Below, in pieces: positions 52,001-64,000 of a DNA stretch of 64,000 bases (its first letter is position 1; every line of letters begins with the position of its first letter). The DNA is taken from assembly GCA_010015585.1 (NCBI GenBank), contig ML975162.1; one strand, 5' to 3'. The notes beneath the pieces were generated by a model. The model did not search any database. It was not told the origin of the DNA and saw nothing but the letters and a program-made list of their open reading frames with translations. Position numbers and translations under genes: made by a program. Source of the DNA: Eremomyces bilateralis CBS 781.70. Its lineage: Eukaryota.

Positions 52001-53596
52001 GACCATCCGAAGTCGAAAATTCCGAACATAATACCCTACGAACAACCGCAGCTCCTGCAGCCCACACCAGCCAAATCATTCCTAATGCCAACAGCCCCGA
52101 GTCCCCCGCCGCCTGGTGACCAGCATATATCCTCCACAACACCCGCCGGCCTTCCGAAAGGACCAACATTTTTGCCGCCATATAAAGCGGGTCAACGCTC
52201 ACCTCGCTCACCGAGCCCTGTCCGCTCGGCCTCAACTCCGGTATCCCGTCCCATTTCAGTGGGCGTTCGCCAGCCATCTCGGCCTTCCTCCCGGACAGCG
52301 CTATCGCAGACGCAGACCGCAGCGCAGGAACCCCAGGAGATCCCCGATCTTGCTGCAACTGCTCTCCAACGTCGACCCGTCACGCCGCCTATTTCCAGCC
52401 TGCAGGATGAAGAAGCAGAAGAAACCCAGCGGATGCTGGCGGCACCGACGAATCAAAAACTCAAGCTGGAGAAATTCACTGCTCGCAAGGACTACGTCGG
52501 AGCGTCGGAAACTCTCGCCTCACGTGACGATATTCCCTCGCAGATCGAGCGTCTGTTCCGGGACATCAATTCCATGATCGACACCCTCGGTCTCAACGCC
52601 CGCACGCTCAACGAATTCATCCGTGGCCACGAGGAGCTCCTCGCTGACGATGGCCGCGAAAAAGAGGACCTGCTCGACCGCGACGTGGACGCCGACTTCG
52701 ACGCCGTCCTCGCGGGCGACATCCCCCAAGACGTCTGGGTTCTCAGCGAGGTGGAGGATCTGAACATGCTCCTCAACTCTATGGAGCAGCAACTGGACGA
52801 AGGCCGCGTGACCGACCCCAGAGAGAAGGTGCGCAAGGCTGTGCAGATGAAACGCGACGTCGTCAAGCTGCGCCACGCCGTCACAGGGCTCCGGTCGGTG
52901 ATCGAGTCGGCGCGCGACCCCGCAGCGAAGGAAGCGCGGAAATCCGCCCCGCTCGAGCTGCACCAGGCGGCCGCGCAGGCGGACCTGCGGGCGAAGTTCG
53001 GCGGGCTCCAGCGGAAGGTCGTGGAGGCGGAAGATGGCATCGCGGTGCTGCGCGCGCGCATCGCGCAGGCGGAGGCGCGGGCAGGCGGGAAGAGCGTGCC
53101 GACGGTGGAAGCGGTGGCGAAGACGGTGGAGAAGATGATGCGGTTGTGGGAGGAGCGGGTGGCTGATTTGGATGTGTTGGAGGTGGAGGTCAAGAAACTG
53201 CGGCTCCGAGATGGGTCACGGCTGGATCGGAGTACTGGCGGGCTGGGTGAGAGGGACGGCTATAGCACGCCTGTGCGAGGGAGGGACGAGCCGAGCGAGA
53301 GAGGCACGCCGTTCATCACGCCAAGAAGTCGGATAGACGACGGGGCAATGACGAGCAGTGTGCGGAGCCTACGGAGCATGGGGAGTGTGAGGAGCAGTGT
53401 GAGGGGACGGACGTTCAAGTTGGACTACGGGAGGAGTTATGGGAACGAGTCGCTGGTTCAGGATGTCACGCGAGAAGACGTCAAGCGAGTTGAGGGTCTG
53501 ATGAGAAAGAGGAGAGTGGTCCAGGATACACTGAAAGGTTTGATTGCGGCCAATGGGCCAAAGATCACGGAAGTTGGGACGAAGACCTATGGATAG
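49088..53596 (+). CDS. NUP159: Nucleoporin Nup159/Nup214 (beta-propeller, FG repeats, C-terminal coiled coil); introns near 49169-49224 and 49907-49955
   Basis: N-terminal GPDLDEVTT/NLGFQ, numerous SxFG/AFG/PFG repeats, and the IERLFRDINSMIDTLGLN coiled coil. Confidence 0.88.
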
Positions 53597-56209
53597 TATG
53601 GGTACTTTACATTGTTTATTAAGCACCTATAGCGTACACATATCGTAGTTGGGCGTCAAAACACTGGACCATTTTGATACGTCCGTTGCCTATTTCAACA
53701 TGAAAGAAACCTTCCTTACACCACCCCTGAGATATCGTCAAGCTTGATCACCGCGAGCCAATCGACCACCTCGCACTAACAATCGCTCATGACTATCCAA
53801 TAACACACAATTAACCATTGCTTGATCCAATACCTACGTACGTACACATTATATTCACTTATTCTCTCAGAATTCAATAATAGGGGGCAGTTGGCTGATG
53901 TCCTTCAGCTCCACCTTTCCGAAGTTTATCCATTGCCGCCTGGCATCTCCGCGGTGGTGAACTGGTGATACGTCGAAATTTAAGGACGTTTCACGACCTT
54001 AAGGTTCATGCTGTTCCGAGACACATCACCGACTGACGTCTTCCAAAGGTAATTCCTGTGATGGCTTCTTGAAAACGCATCATTTGGTCTAGCAAAAGTC
54101 GACGTGGCTGGCATGGTTGTCACCACTGGACGCCAAGAAGCTGATCATGGTGAAAACCGGAGAGCGTCAACAAATGCGGTCGCATATCTGAATGTGTTTC
54201 TCCGGAACCGAATTTCTTGCTCCAACTACCTGCCTGGCTTCCCGATCCCACATAATGACCGGGATGGCGAAGTTCATCGTTCGATGATGGAGAGCTCTAT
54301 TCTTGTCTCGCACAGTTTGATGGATGATGCTTGCATTGCATGCCACGATTCCCGCTGGCCGATCCATGGTCTTACCATTGGGGACATGGTCGGGAATGGG
54401 GCCGTCTTGCAGTATCATGAAGCTATCCTTTCCATCTCAGTGCTGTCATCGCTTTAGTCGATCGAGACAACAGTTGTCCATCGTCTAATTAGAAAGACCA
54501 CGGTTGGCTCCAGCTGGTCACGACAGCCACTGACAGGCCCAGGCCGGGTGGGTCCTCACACCTCCCCAAGCTGGGTATTACTTGTCAGAGTCCGATGGAC
54601 TATGTGTCTTGCCGGCGAAATATACCAGATTTCGAACCGGATGAACGCCTGAACCAGCCAAATTGATGGGGCGAGGTTTGCACTTGTAGGTTTGATTTGA
54701 TGAGTTTGGCTCGGCTGACGGCGACTGCAATTTGAGGCTCTCTCAGATATATTGCACCCCTAGTCCGTATGCCCTGTCTCCATATATTGCTCTCGAGTTC
54801 TTTCTTTAGGCCTTGGCCTACCTACTATGTATTAGATGGTACTTTATTTAAAGTTCGAATGTATTTTGTACACGTGCTAACTACATGGTCAGGGAGAAAG
54901 GAGTCGGTTCTGGTAGGTATGGTATGCTTGTGGATGAAACATACGGAGTATCGGAGTATCCAAGAACCCAGACGCGTCCACCAGTGGCAAGACATCAGTA
55001 CGTGTACATGCATGTAGCATTGCAATATCTCAACTAACCTTTAATTAACAGGATTTAAGAAAGCCTCGTTTAGCCATTGGAGTCTGCCCTATTTCCTATC
55101 CGGACAAGAATATGCAATGCAGGGTTTGTCTCGGGTGCGAGTACCGCATCAACCATCATCCCTACCTGTAATCAACCGATATTCAGGGACAGGCACGAAG
55201 ACAAGGCGATGTCTGCTAAGGATCCACGTCTCGCAAACCTGATACATTATTCCGAGCTGCTGCACCAAGGACAGTCGCGCATGGAGGCGCCGCCACTCGA
55301 TCAGCCGGACAGGTCGGGTCCTCCTTGTATGCCGTCCTGCAGTGAGCCTTAACTCCAGTGTTCTGCTCTTACTTGCAAGTTGCGACGTCCTCTTCCTCCG
55401 CATCGTCACCACATTCATTCTCTCGCTTTATCCTGCAGTGAATCTGTCAAGGAGGGCATTTCAGTGGACAATCTTGTGTCTATCAGCCAGTAGCACGCCA
55501 AGTTCTACTCTACTGGCTGTTGATTCCGAGAAACGGTTGAGAGGTATGAATCAGTGAAGTCCTTCTTATTATCTGCATCCATCCTCGTCCACATTCCATC
55601 CTCAATTCTCCAGTCTCCACAACAACCCAATGCTCATTTCTCCGCATCCACGCCTTCACTAATTGACATCTGGCATTGCAGATCCGATCGAATTCGTCGT
55701 TGACGCCACGGTCTTTATCACCAGTATGTTTGTATTCCTTCATTGGCCAGTTTCGGTGCTTCTGGTTCTAGAACCTTTGCTGTTATCCTTTACCTCCTCC
55801 CCTCTATACACCTTAAATCTTTATCATCCAAAGCACTGCTTCAGAGTCTCAATTCAACTGCGAGTCTCCAATATTCTCTATCGCAGAGTATCGAGATTAT
55901 TAGCTGCCAGTGTGGCATGGACATGTAGACTGGGCTTTCACCTTCCTGTCTTATTGTATCCCCCCCTTTTGTCAACCTCGTGATCTTCTGATCGTCTGGT
56001 TGACTTACTACACCGCCGCAGCACATAGCAGCGCCTTTCTCCGCTGTGCGCCCAACTAGCCTTCGGCGCCGTCCAGTCACCGTAACCCACTCTCATTTGT
56101 GGCCAACACTCTGTTGTAGAAGCAAACTAACACTGGGGGGCGATAGTCACGGTGTCTACCATATCAGTCATTTAGCTTTTCCTACCGTCACTCGCTAGCA
56201 GCTTCTAAG

Positions 56210-57486
56210 ATGAAGCCTTCCAACCTCCTCGCTGGGGCATCCACACTCATTACAGTGACTTCGGCTCTGGCTATCGGCCAGAATCATCATGGCGGTAAGT
56301 TGATATGCCCTTTGCGCATATCAACCTTTGCTAATGCCAATTAGTCCATAGGAAGATACACGACAAGCGTGACACTGTCACGATATTGGACGTGGTAACT
56401 TCAACGGCTGCCGAGAAGGTCACTGTTATTCACGATCAATTCGGGAATGTTCTGGCAACCCATTTCCCAGTCGTGCCCGAGATGAACGAGGCCCTCAACC
56501 CCGAACTTGCCGATGCTGCTGTTAATGTTGCACCCGATCCTACGATCACATCAGTGGTCGCAGTCGAGACTGCAGTCAATGTTGCTGTGCCTGTTCCTTC
56601 ACCGAAACCGGCACCTTCTCCGGAACCATCTCCTGCGCCTGCGCCAGCTGCCGCTGCCGTTCCTGCTGGGGACGGGCTAATCTCATCTGGTCGTGGCATC
56701 AGTTGGAACCCTTGGGTTGGGACAGAAGGCGCTGCAACATGCAAGACTCAAGAACAAATCAACGCCGAGGTGGCCGAGCTCCGACATTTCAGCTATATCC
56801 GTCTGTACAGCACCGAGTGCCAGCAAATCGCAAAGATTCTCGAGGCCGGGTGGGATCGCAAGCTCATTCTCGGCGTCTGGAACCTTGACGAGGGATTTAA
56901 CGAGGACCTTAGGAGGATCACCAGCACTGTGACGGGGTCGAAGCAAGGATGGAGCCAAATCATGGCGGTCACCATTGGCAATGAAGACCATGTCCGTGGG
57001 GACCATGCATCCGCTCCTGGTAAAGTCATCGATCGCCTGAGTGCTGCCCGAGGCGTGTTACGCGCAGCCGGGTACACTGGACCGGTTGCACATGTTGAGA
57101 ACGAAGCCGGATTCGCTGTCCCGGGTGGTATTGACACCTGCCTCCAAAGTGACTTTGTTGCCCTTAATGCGCACGCGTTTTTCGATCCGAATTCGTCGGC
57201 GGAGAATGCAGGACAGGCCGTCCAGAACGCCGTGAACCGAATTAAGAAGCACTGTGGCGGCAAGCAGGTCATTGTGATGGAATCGGGTTGGCCCCATAGC
57301 GGCACCGCGAATGGACTGGCTATTCCTTCCCCTGAGGAACAAGGCAAAGCCATCCGGTCTCTGAAGAGTACGTTCCAGACGGACATCGTGTTGTTTTCGT
57401 CCCACGATGATGCTTGGAAGAGGGACTTCTCGGGTTCCTACGGTGCAGAGAAGTTCTGGGGTATCTTGGGCATGGGCGAAGCCTAA
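56210..57486 (+). CDS. Secreted GH17 beta-1,3-glucanase/transglucosylase (Scw4/Scw11/BtgE-like); intron 56294-56344
   Basis: Signal peptide MKPSNLLAGASTLITVTSALA, KR dibasic site, Pro/Ala linker, IRLYSTEC, VTIGNE and VMESGWP (both catalytic Glu present), and EKFWGI. Confidence 0.88.
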
Positions 57487-57964
57487 ATGTGCGGTCCGTT
57501 ACCCGAGCCCAGATGTTGGGGTTTCGTGTCTGGAATACACATGAACCACAAACACACGATGATCATGACCTTTTCCCCCCTTCTTATCGCCTTCAGCTGC
57601 AATTCATGTACGATATTAAGCGGCTGGACATCCATAGCGTTGAAATCTTGTCTACTGTTCATATTATCACACAGATGGGAGAGGATCACACACAGAATTC
57701 AAAAGCCAAGGTCTTCTGTTCACAGCCTTAATCCATTCCTATCTTGTGTGACGCATTCCACATCACAAAGCACCCCTAGCGGTATCGTGTAAGGTCTAGA
57801 AAGTTCTGTAAGAAACCGTTGGAGAAGAGCAGAGTTGGAGGAGTAAAATATTCCAAATCACACTCCTGTATGAAGCGGCTTGTAGGCAAGATATCCGCAA
57901 TATTAAGCGCAGGAGCGGGTGCATATGGTTGGGTATAAATATCATCTAACCGCTTGACATTGTG

Positions 57965-60943
57965 TTAGAAGCCTCTCCCAAACTTTGACCTCACTGGTTT
58001 CCTCACTACTCCGCCGGCCTGCACACTGACTTTCGTCTCCACAGCCATCGACTTCTTCACGGCCGCTTTGCTTCTATTCATTTCTTCTTGTATCTTCTTC
58101 TCCTCCCGTTCCCGGTCTTCCGCCATCTTTGCCTCCAACTCCGCCTTTCGGTTGAACTCCATCTCCGTCACCCGCTTATCCCGCGCGGAGTACCCTTTCT
58201 CTTTGATGGAGTAAAACACGCCACCGAGGTCGGCTAGCCAATGCGGATCCACCGCCGTGACGCAGGACATGTACTCCTTCGACGTGAGGATCAGCTCGTG
58301 GTAGATGACGTAGTCGGGGAGGTAGCCGAGACCGTACAGGGCGCTAGTCGGGTGCAGTTGGACGGTGATGCTGGTGCGAAGATTGACATACTCGCCGATG
58401 CCTTTGACTTTGGCGGCCTGGTGGTAGTAGCCTGAGCAAATGCACTTGCGGATGATATCCCAGTCCGTCCCGCAGCTGACGAGTTCCATTTTCTGCAGCT
58501 GCATGATGTCTTGGATCTGCTGGCGGATCTCTTTGGCGCGACGCAGCGCTTTGGGATGTAAGAAGTGCTTGATGCACCATCCGTCCGAATAGCCATTCAT
58601 TCGCCATTGGCTATAGACGTGCAAGAGCGTCAGGTGGTCGGATTCCGGGACGAAAAACTTCTCCCGGGCGGCGTCGGATTCTTCCTGGCGCTCTTTCGGG
58701 CGGTAGAAGACGCTTGGGACCGAGAGCATGGAAACGATGGTAAGAACCTCTTCGCTGCAGCCGTACTCCCGAGCAGTGATGATGAGTTTTGCTAGGGACG
58801 GGTCCATAGGAAAGGCGGTCATTTTTCGGCCAAGCTCAGTTAGCTCTCCGAGGTTGTCGATTGCTCCAAGAGCCCAAAGGTCGAAGAGCGATGTCGTGAT
58901 CGTATCCTGAGGCGGTGGATCCATGAAATCGAACTCCAGGAGATCTTTCACTCCGAGAGATTTCAATAACAGCACGGTATTCGCGAGGTTGGTCCGCTGG
59001 ATCTCGGGGATGGTTTGTATATACATCTCGTCTCTGAACGCTCGCTCAGTATAAAGATGGAAGCATTTTCCCGGTCCGGTTCGACCAGCACGACCAGAAC
59101 GCTGCTGTGCATTGGCTTGCGATATAGGCGTGATCTGCAGCGTATCCATACCCATCTTTGGGTTGTACACTTTGAGCTTCGAGTACCCACCGTCCACCAC
59201 GTACATAATGCCGTCCACCGTCAGACTTGTCTCTGCAATATTGGTCGCGACAATGACTTTTCGGACGCCAGGTGCTGCCCGGTCAAAGATCTTCGCCTGC
59301 AAGTCGGCTGGCATCTGGCTGTAAATAGGGAGAATGCTCAACTTTGACGGGTTATTGAGCAACTTGAGGCGCTCTCCGATCAGTTCACAGGTGATCTCGA
59401 TGTCCTCCTGGCCAGTCATGAAGACAAGGATATCGCCTGCGTCCTGGGATACATGGATTGCCAGTACTTGTTTGACAGCGCTGTCCACGTAGTCTTCGCA
59501 TGGGGATCGAGAATACTGCACGTCGACAGGGAACGTTCGTCCGGGGATGAAGAACTCGGGGGCGCCTCCGAAAAATCGAGAAAATCGCTCCGCATTCATA
59601 GTTGCCGACGTCACGATCAATTTCAGGTCTCTTCGCCGAGCTAAGACCTTCTTAATAAGCCCCATTAAGACGTCAGTATTCAGCGCACGCTCATGGGCTT
59701 CGTCCATGATAATGACCGAATACCTATCCAAATCGGCCTCGACTAGCGACTCCCGTAGCAAGACGCCGTCTGTCATGTACTTAATAACTGTGTTCTTGCT
59801 CGTACAGTCCTCGAATCGGATAGCGTAGCCCACTAAACCGCCCAATTTGACATCCATCTCTTCACTCACACGTTTAGCCACGCTCATGGCTGCAACACGC
59901 CGTGGTTGGGTGCATCCAATCATGCCAAACTTGCCGTATCCGTCTTCGTGGAGAAATTGCGTCAATTGCGTCGTTTTGCCTGAGCCGGTCTGGCCGACCA
60001 CGATGATAACCTGATTGTCCCGGACCACTCTCAATAGCTCTTCTCGAACCGCAAAGGCAGGCAGGTACTGCCGCTGTTCTTGGAGCGTCTTACTCCGACT
60101 GAACGTGCTCTGTCCTTCGCTTTGCTTCAAATGCTCGGCAAATTTGCTCCCTCCGTTCTTTTCCGCGTCCTCGCCTGGGACGGCAGCGGCACTGTCGCCT
60201 TCGTCGTCTTTGACGCCCATCAGGTTCCCGAGCGCCGTGCCCTTCACATTGGTCGCCTCTTGGGCCTGCTTCTGCCGTTCTTTTTGTTGCCTCCGCTCTT
60301 TGACCACGCGACTACCCTTCCGACTGAAGACCGCCATGTCACTCTGCGGGTCTCGGATTGCTGGCACGGGGTCCAGCTGCTTCGTGAACACCGTCCGACC
60401 ATCGAGAAACGGTGGGCGCAGATCATGTACTAGGATGTGTACCCGCGTTCCTTCGTCATCTTCCTCAAAGTCGTGATCGAAATGCCTTCGTTGCGCGACT
60501 CCGCTCGTCAACATTCGATTCGCCTCCCACGCATCGTTGTCCTTGTTCCGCTGCACCTGTCTGGCATTTAGCCGGGTGTTCTGCTTGCGTTCCACCAAAG
60601 CAGCCTCGCGCTGCTGCTCCTTCCATGTGCTGTCGGCTGCTCCAAACGGGTTATGCGTCTCGTCGCCAAGAGCATGGCCGTTCTCTTCACCGCCATACCA
60701 GTCGCGGTCGAGCGCGTTGGTTTCTTCTTCCGCAATGTACGGTTCCGGGCCGTCGAATTCGGACTGGCGAGGAGTTGCGCTACCATGGCGGGAAGGTTGG
60801 GGGGTGCGTGAACGGGATGATGGCCTGCTTTCACGCTTGCGAAACCGTGCTGCGAGAGACGGGCGGAGCTCATCGTCGTCTCGATGTGAAGGGGGAGGGG
60901 AATTCAATCTGCGCCGCTTGGGGCTCTGTCCACGGCTACTCAT
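57965..60943 (-). CDS. PRP16: Pre-mRNA splicing DEAH-box helicase Prp16 (start taken at MSSRGQSPK)
   Basis: [27 protein letters not shown] and QRSGRAGR motifs, plus the Prp16-type N-terminus ([18 protein letters not shown]). Confidence 0.95.
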   Translation of the reverse strand: MSSRGQSPKRRRLNSPPPSHRDDDELRPSLAARFRKRESRPSSRSRTPQPSRHGSATPRQSEFDGPEPYIAEEETNALDRDWYGGEENGHALGDETHNPFGAADSTWKEQQREAALVERKQNTRLNARQVQRNKDNDAWEANRMLTSGVAQRRHFDHDFEEDDEGTRVHILVHDLRPPFLDGRTVFTKQLDPVPAIRDPQSDMAVFSRKGSRVVKERRQQKERQKQAQEATNVKGTALGNLMGVKDDEGDSAAAVPGEDAEKNGGSKFAEHLKQSEGQSTFSRSKTLQEQRQYLPAFAVREELLRVVRDNQVIIVVGQTGSGKTTQLTQFLHEDGYGKFGMIGCTQPRRVAAMSVAKRVSEEMDVKLGGLVGYAIRFEDCTSKNTVIKYMTDGVLLRESLVEADLDRYSVIIMDEAHERALNTDVLMGLIKKVLARRRDLKLIVTSATMNAERFSRFFGGAPEFFIPGRTFPVDVQYSRSPCEDYVDSAVKQVLAIHVSQDAGDILVFMTGQEDIEITCELIGERLKLLNNPSKLSILPIYSQMPADLQAKIFDRAAPGVRKVIVATNIAETSLTVDGIMYVVDGGYSKLKVYNPKMGMDTLQITPISQANAQQRSGRAGRTGPGKCFHLYTERAFRDEMYIQTIPEIQRTNLANTVLLLKSLGVKDLLEFDFMDPPPQDTITTSLFDLWALGAIDNLGELTELGRKMTAFPMDPSLAKLIITAREYGCSEEVLTIVSMLSVPSVFYRPKERQEESDAAREKFFVPESDHLTLLHVYSQWRMNGYSDGWCIKHFLHPKALRRAKEIRQQIQDIMQLQKMELVSCGTDWDIIRKCICSGYYHQAAKVKGIGEYVNLRTSITVQLHPTSALYGLGYLPDYVIYHELILTSKEYMSCVTAVDPHWLADLGGVFYSIKEKGYSARDKRVTEMEFNRKAELEAKMAEDREREEKKIQEEMNRSKAAVKKSMAVETKVSVQAGGVVRKPVRSKFGRGF

Positions 60944-61249
60944 GGTAGAGGATGCAAAGAATTCTGATCGCACGCTATCGTTGTAATGTATGGGATTGTG
61001 AATGTGAATTTTGCCTTCAACGTACAGAATAGAACCTGGAGGTTGGAGGTTGGAGGTTCGTTGTCGCTGATCAGATCTCGAATCTGGTATAAGGTCAGCC
61101 ACAGCGCCACACCAAATCGTCAGGGTTCGCCGCACATTTCGAACTGGTCTGTGCACTTCGACTCTGATATCTTTTTATCTTAAAATTTCCTGACCGCGAG
61201 AATTTCAGAGAAGAAGTAGAGAGGTAACAGTCTCTGCAAATCCGAGAAA

Positions 61250-62966
61250 ATGTCTATGATCACTGCGGCGACGTGGGTTCCGCGAGGAAGAGCCGCCCAA
61301 TTCCCGCAGAAGTTCGAAATCTCGGAGGAGGAGTACGACCGCATCGGAGAGCTTGCGGATCTCCGTCTGCAGGATGCGCGGGACGATTTAGAGGAGGCCA
61401 AAGCTGGGGATGCAAATGAAGAAGAGGCGGAAGAAGAGGTGGAAAATCAGGAGCCGACGGGTGATGCAGGCACATCGACAAAAGCAAGGTACATTTGCGG
61501 CCTGAGATCCGACAGTCTGAACAGCCTAACTAATTATCGCACAGTGAAGGGGACGATGACCTCAAGGAGTACAACTTGGAGCATTACGATGACGAACCAG
61601 ACGGAGCAGGCGATACGATGGCTATGTTTGGGAACGTCAAAACACTTGCTTTCCACGAGTCGAACGAGGAGGATCCGTACATCACCATCAAAGACGAGGA
61701 TGACCACGACGATGAGCGGGAGGAGTTACAGATTCTTCCGAGCGACAATCTCCTGCTAGCGGCACGAATAGAGGATGATATGGCTCATCTCGAGGTGTAT
61801 ATCTACGAAGACGAGGCGGACAATCTATACGTCCACCACGACCTCATGCTGCCGGATATCCCCTTGGCGGTCGAATGGATCAACTACAGGCCTGGCGGCC
61901 AAACTGAGAACCCGAATGCTGGACGAAGCTTTGTGGCAGTGAGTACGATGGGACCGGATATCGAGCTGTGGGACCTCGACGTAGTCGATGCGATGCTCCC
62001 GGACGTAGTCCTCGGCAAAGGAAAAGAAGACGAGACAACAAAACCGTCGAAGAAGAAGAAGAAGCGACCCAAGCTGTCGAACGACGAATACCACGTCGAT
62101 GCCGTCCTCTCCCTCGCTTCGAATCGCAGTCATCCGAATCTACTCGCCTCCGCCTCCGCAGATCAGACCATCAAGCTGTGGGATCTGAACACGAACACGT
62201 GCGCCAAGTCGTATTCATACCATACCGACAAAGTCTGCTCAGTGGCATGGCATCCGAAAGAGCCGACCGTGCTGCTTTCCGGGAGCTACGATCGGACAGT
62301 CGTCGCGGCCGACATGCGCGCCCCTGAAGCCAAAGCGCCGCGATGGAAGGTGGAAAGCGACGTCGAGAACGTGCGATGGGACCCGCACTCCGACAGCCAT
62401 TTCTACGTAAGCATCCACTATTGACCACTCCTGTCCCGTATACTAACACCGACTAGGTCACCACTGAAAACGGCCTGGTGCATTACCACGACATCCGCTC
62501 CGCCCCAACCGAAACCACCTCGCTCTCCCCCTCCGTCTGGAGCCTCCAAGCCCACGACTCCTCCGTCTCCTCCTTCGACATCAACCCCATCATCCCCGGA
62601 TTCCTCGCCACCGGCTCCACCGACAAGCAGGTCAAACTCTGGAACGTCACGTCGGCCGGGCCGAGCATGGTCGTCTCGCGGGATCTCGGCGTGGGCCGCG
62701 TGTTCGTCACGAGCTTCGCGCCCGATCAGGAGGTCGGGTTCCGGTTGGCGGTCGCGGGGAGCAAAGGGTCGGTGCAGGTGTGGGATACGTCGACGAATGC
62801 GGCGGTGCGGAGGAATTTTGCGGGCAGAGTGGCTGGTATGGGAGACGGGAGTGAGGAGGTTAAGGAGAGGATGGTGGGGAGGAATGATGTGGATGAGGAG
62901 GACTCCGATGACGAGAGGGATGATCCTAACGGCGGATCGGATGGGTACGAGGATATGTCGGAGTGA
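61250..62966 (+). CDS. PWP1: Periodic tryptophan protein 1 (WD40, ribosome biogenesis), 3 exons
   Basis: MITAATWVPRG, LKEYNLEHYD, NLYVHHDLML and WD repeats (LLASASADQTIKLWDL). Confidence 0.92.
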
Positions 62967-64000
62967 ATATTGTAACAACATTTCGGTCTCGCCGGCACCG
63001 ATGAAGCCATGGACCAGACCAGAGGCCCAAATCCCGGACCCTCTTGGCTACATTATTCAATGTCGAATTGTCGATGTGTGTCGTCAGGTGCACGGAACCC
63101 CCCTCCCCCTCCGGACGTCATAATCTTGGCCCTTGGGTTTGTCAAGGTGAATGGGTCACTTCAGGTTAAAATTAGATCGGCATCAATATATCCGTATTGC
63201 GCAAGTGGGGGTTGAGCCTCAAAGATTGGCAATTTGGCAAGCCGGTTTGTTCGTCACTTGATGATAATAATGGAAGCACTTAAATTACCGTCTCTCGATG
63301 TCCTGGAAATCAGTGTATGTATCACCCTGCCCTTGTGCATGGGAGAGGTGAGCGGAGATTAGGTCATTTCCTGTTTTCAGGTCCTATATGTAAATTGCGA
63401 GTTTAGGAGCCTCTCCTCTCCAAGGGGCGGGATGAGAGTAATTGCTCCTGGGTCCTGGCCTGGTATTGTCGTACGAAAGCAATAGATACTCATTGTCCTG
63501 CATTGAGCAGAAAAAGGAAACACAACATTGAGGCTGTCACCATGTTGTGTCACCAGAACGCGAACATGTGGAACACTGTTGCTGGCGACTGGGCAGAGTA
63601 AGATTGCTATGGACTCGCAAATTTGGAAACGAGGAGATTGGAGGATCTGGTTCATGACAAGGACGATAAGAGGATGCCACGTCATAGATTCATCGCGGAC
63701 ATCACGGGGCTAACTGCAGACTGAAATCACTGAATTGACAATGATGTTTTCAGAAACAAAAAAGGCGAAAAAGAAGTTTCATATGTAGGTCTGGTATATC
63801 TCGGTGCCTACCGTATTTAATGATACACATCGACCGAAATGAGCCCCGGCGGCACAGCATATGACAGCCAGCCTGCTTCGTCTTGCAAGTTGGGGAAGCA
63901 TTGAGGTTTGTGAAGTCATGTACTACTGCTGCCAAATCAGTTCCTGCAGTGTCTACCACATACATACAGCAAACAATGTGGATTGTGGACACGACAGAGT

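Noticed and set aside
60944..61156. 71-codon N-terminal extension of PRP16 in the ORF track
   Set aside because: It starts at a non-ATG codon, lies in the PRP16/PWP1 divergent promoter, and is not Prp16-like.

Overview
Intron-containing genomic DNA from a filamentous ascomycete (Pezizomycotina; class not determinable from sequence alone). Most of the window is an ordinary housekeeping neighbourhood: FKS1, LCB1, RPL29, BTB protein, KH RNA-binding protein, CENP-K-like, CP2/Grainyhead TF, AMMECR1, RING E3, amidoligase-like, GUP1, ARP4, PUP1, NUP159, a GH17 glucanase, PRP16 and PWP1. The first 17 kb are unusual. The 1,3-beta-glucan synthase gene is tandemly duplicated, with the 3' end of an apparently intact paralog at 1-1234 and a complete copy at 7368-13412. 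The duplicated block originally ran FKS1-LCB1-RPL29; the upstream copy lost about 3.2 kb including LCB1 and keeps an RPL29 pseudogene stub. Between the FKS copies lies a mobile-element patch in which two inverted solo LTRs carry swapped 5-bp target-site duplications, the signature of a 4.4-kb LTR-mediated inversion. The complete FKS1 has a non-canonical echinocandin hot spot 1 (YLTRSFRDP instead of FLTLSF/L-K/R-DP), suggesting intrinsic resistance or self-resistance to glucan-synthase inhibitors. Identities were estimated by eye and no searches were run.
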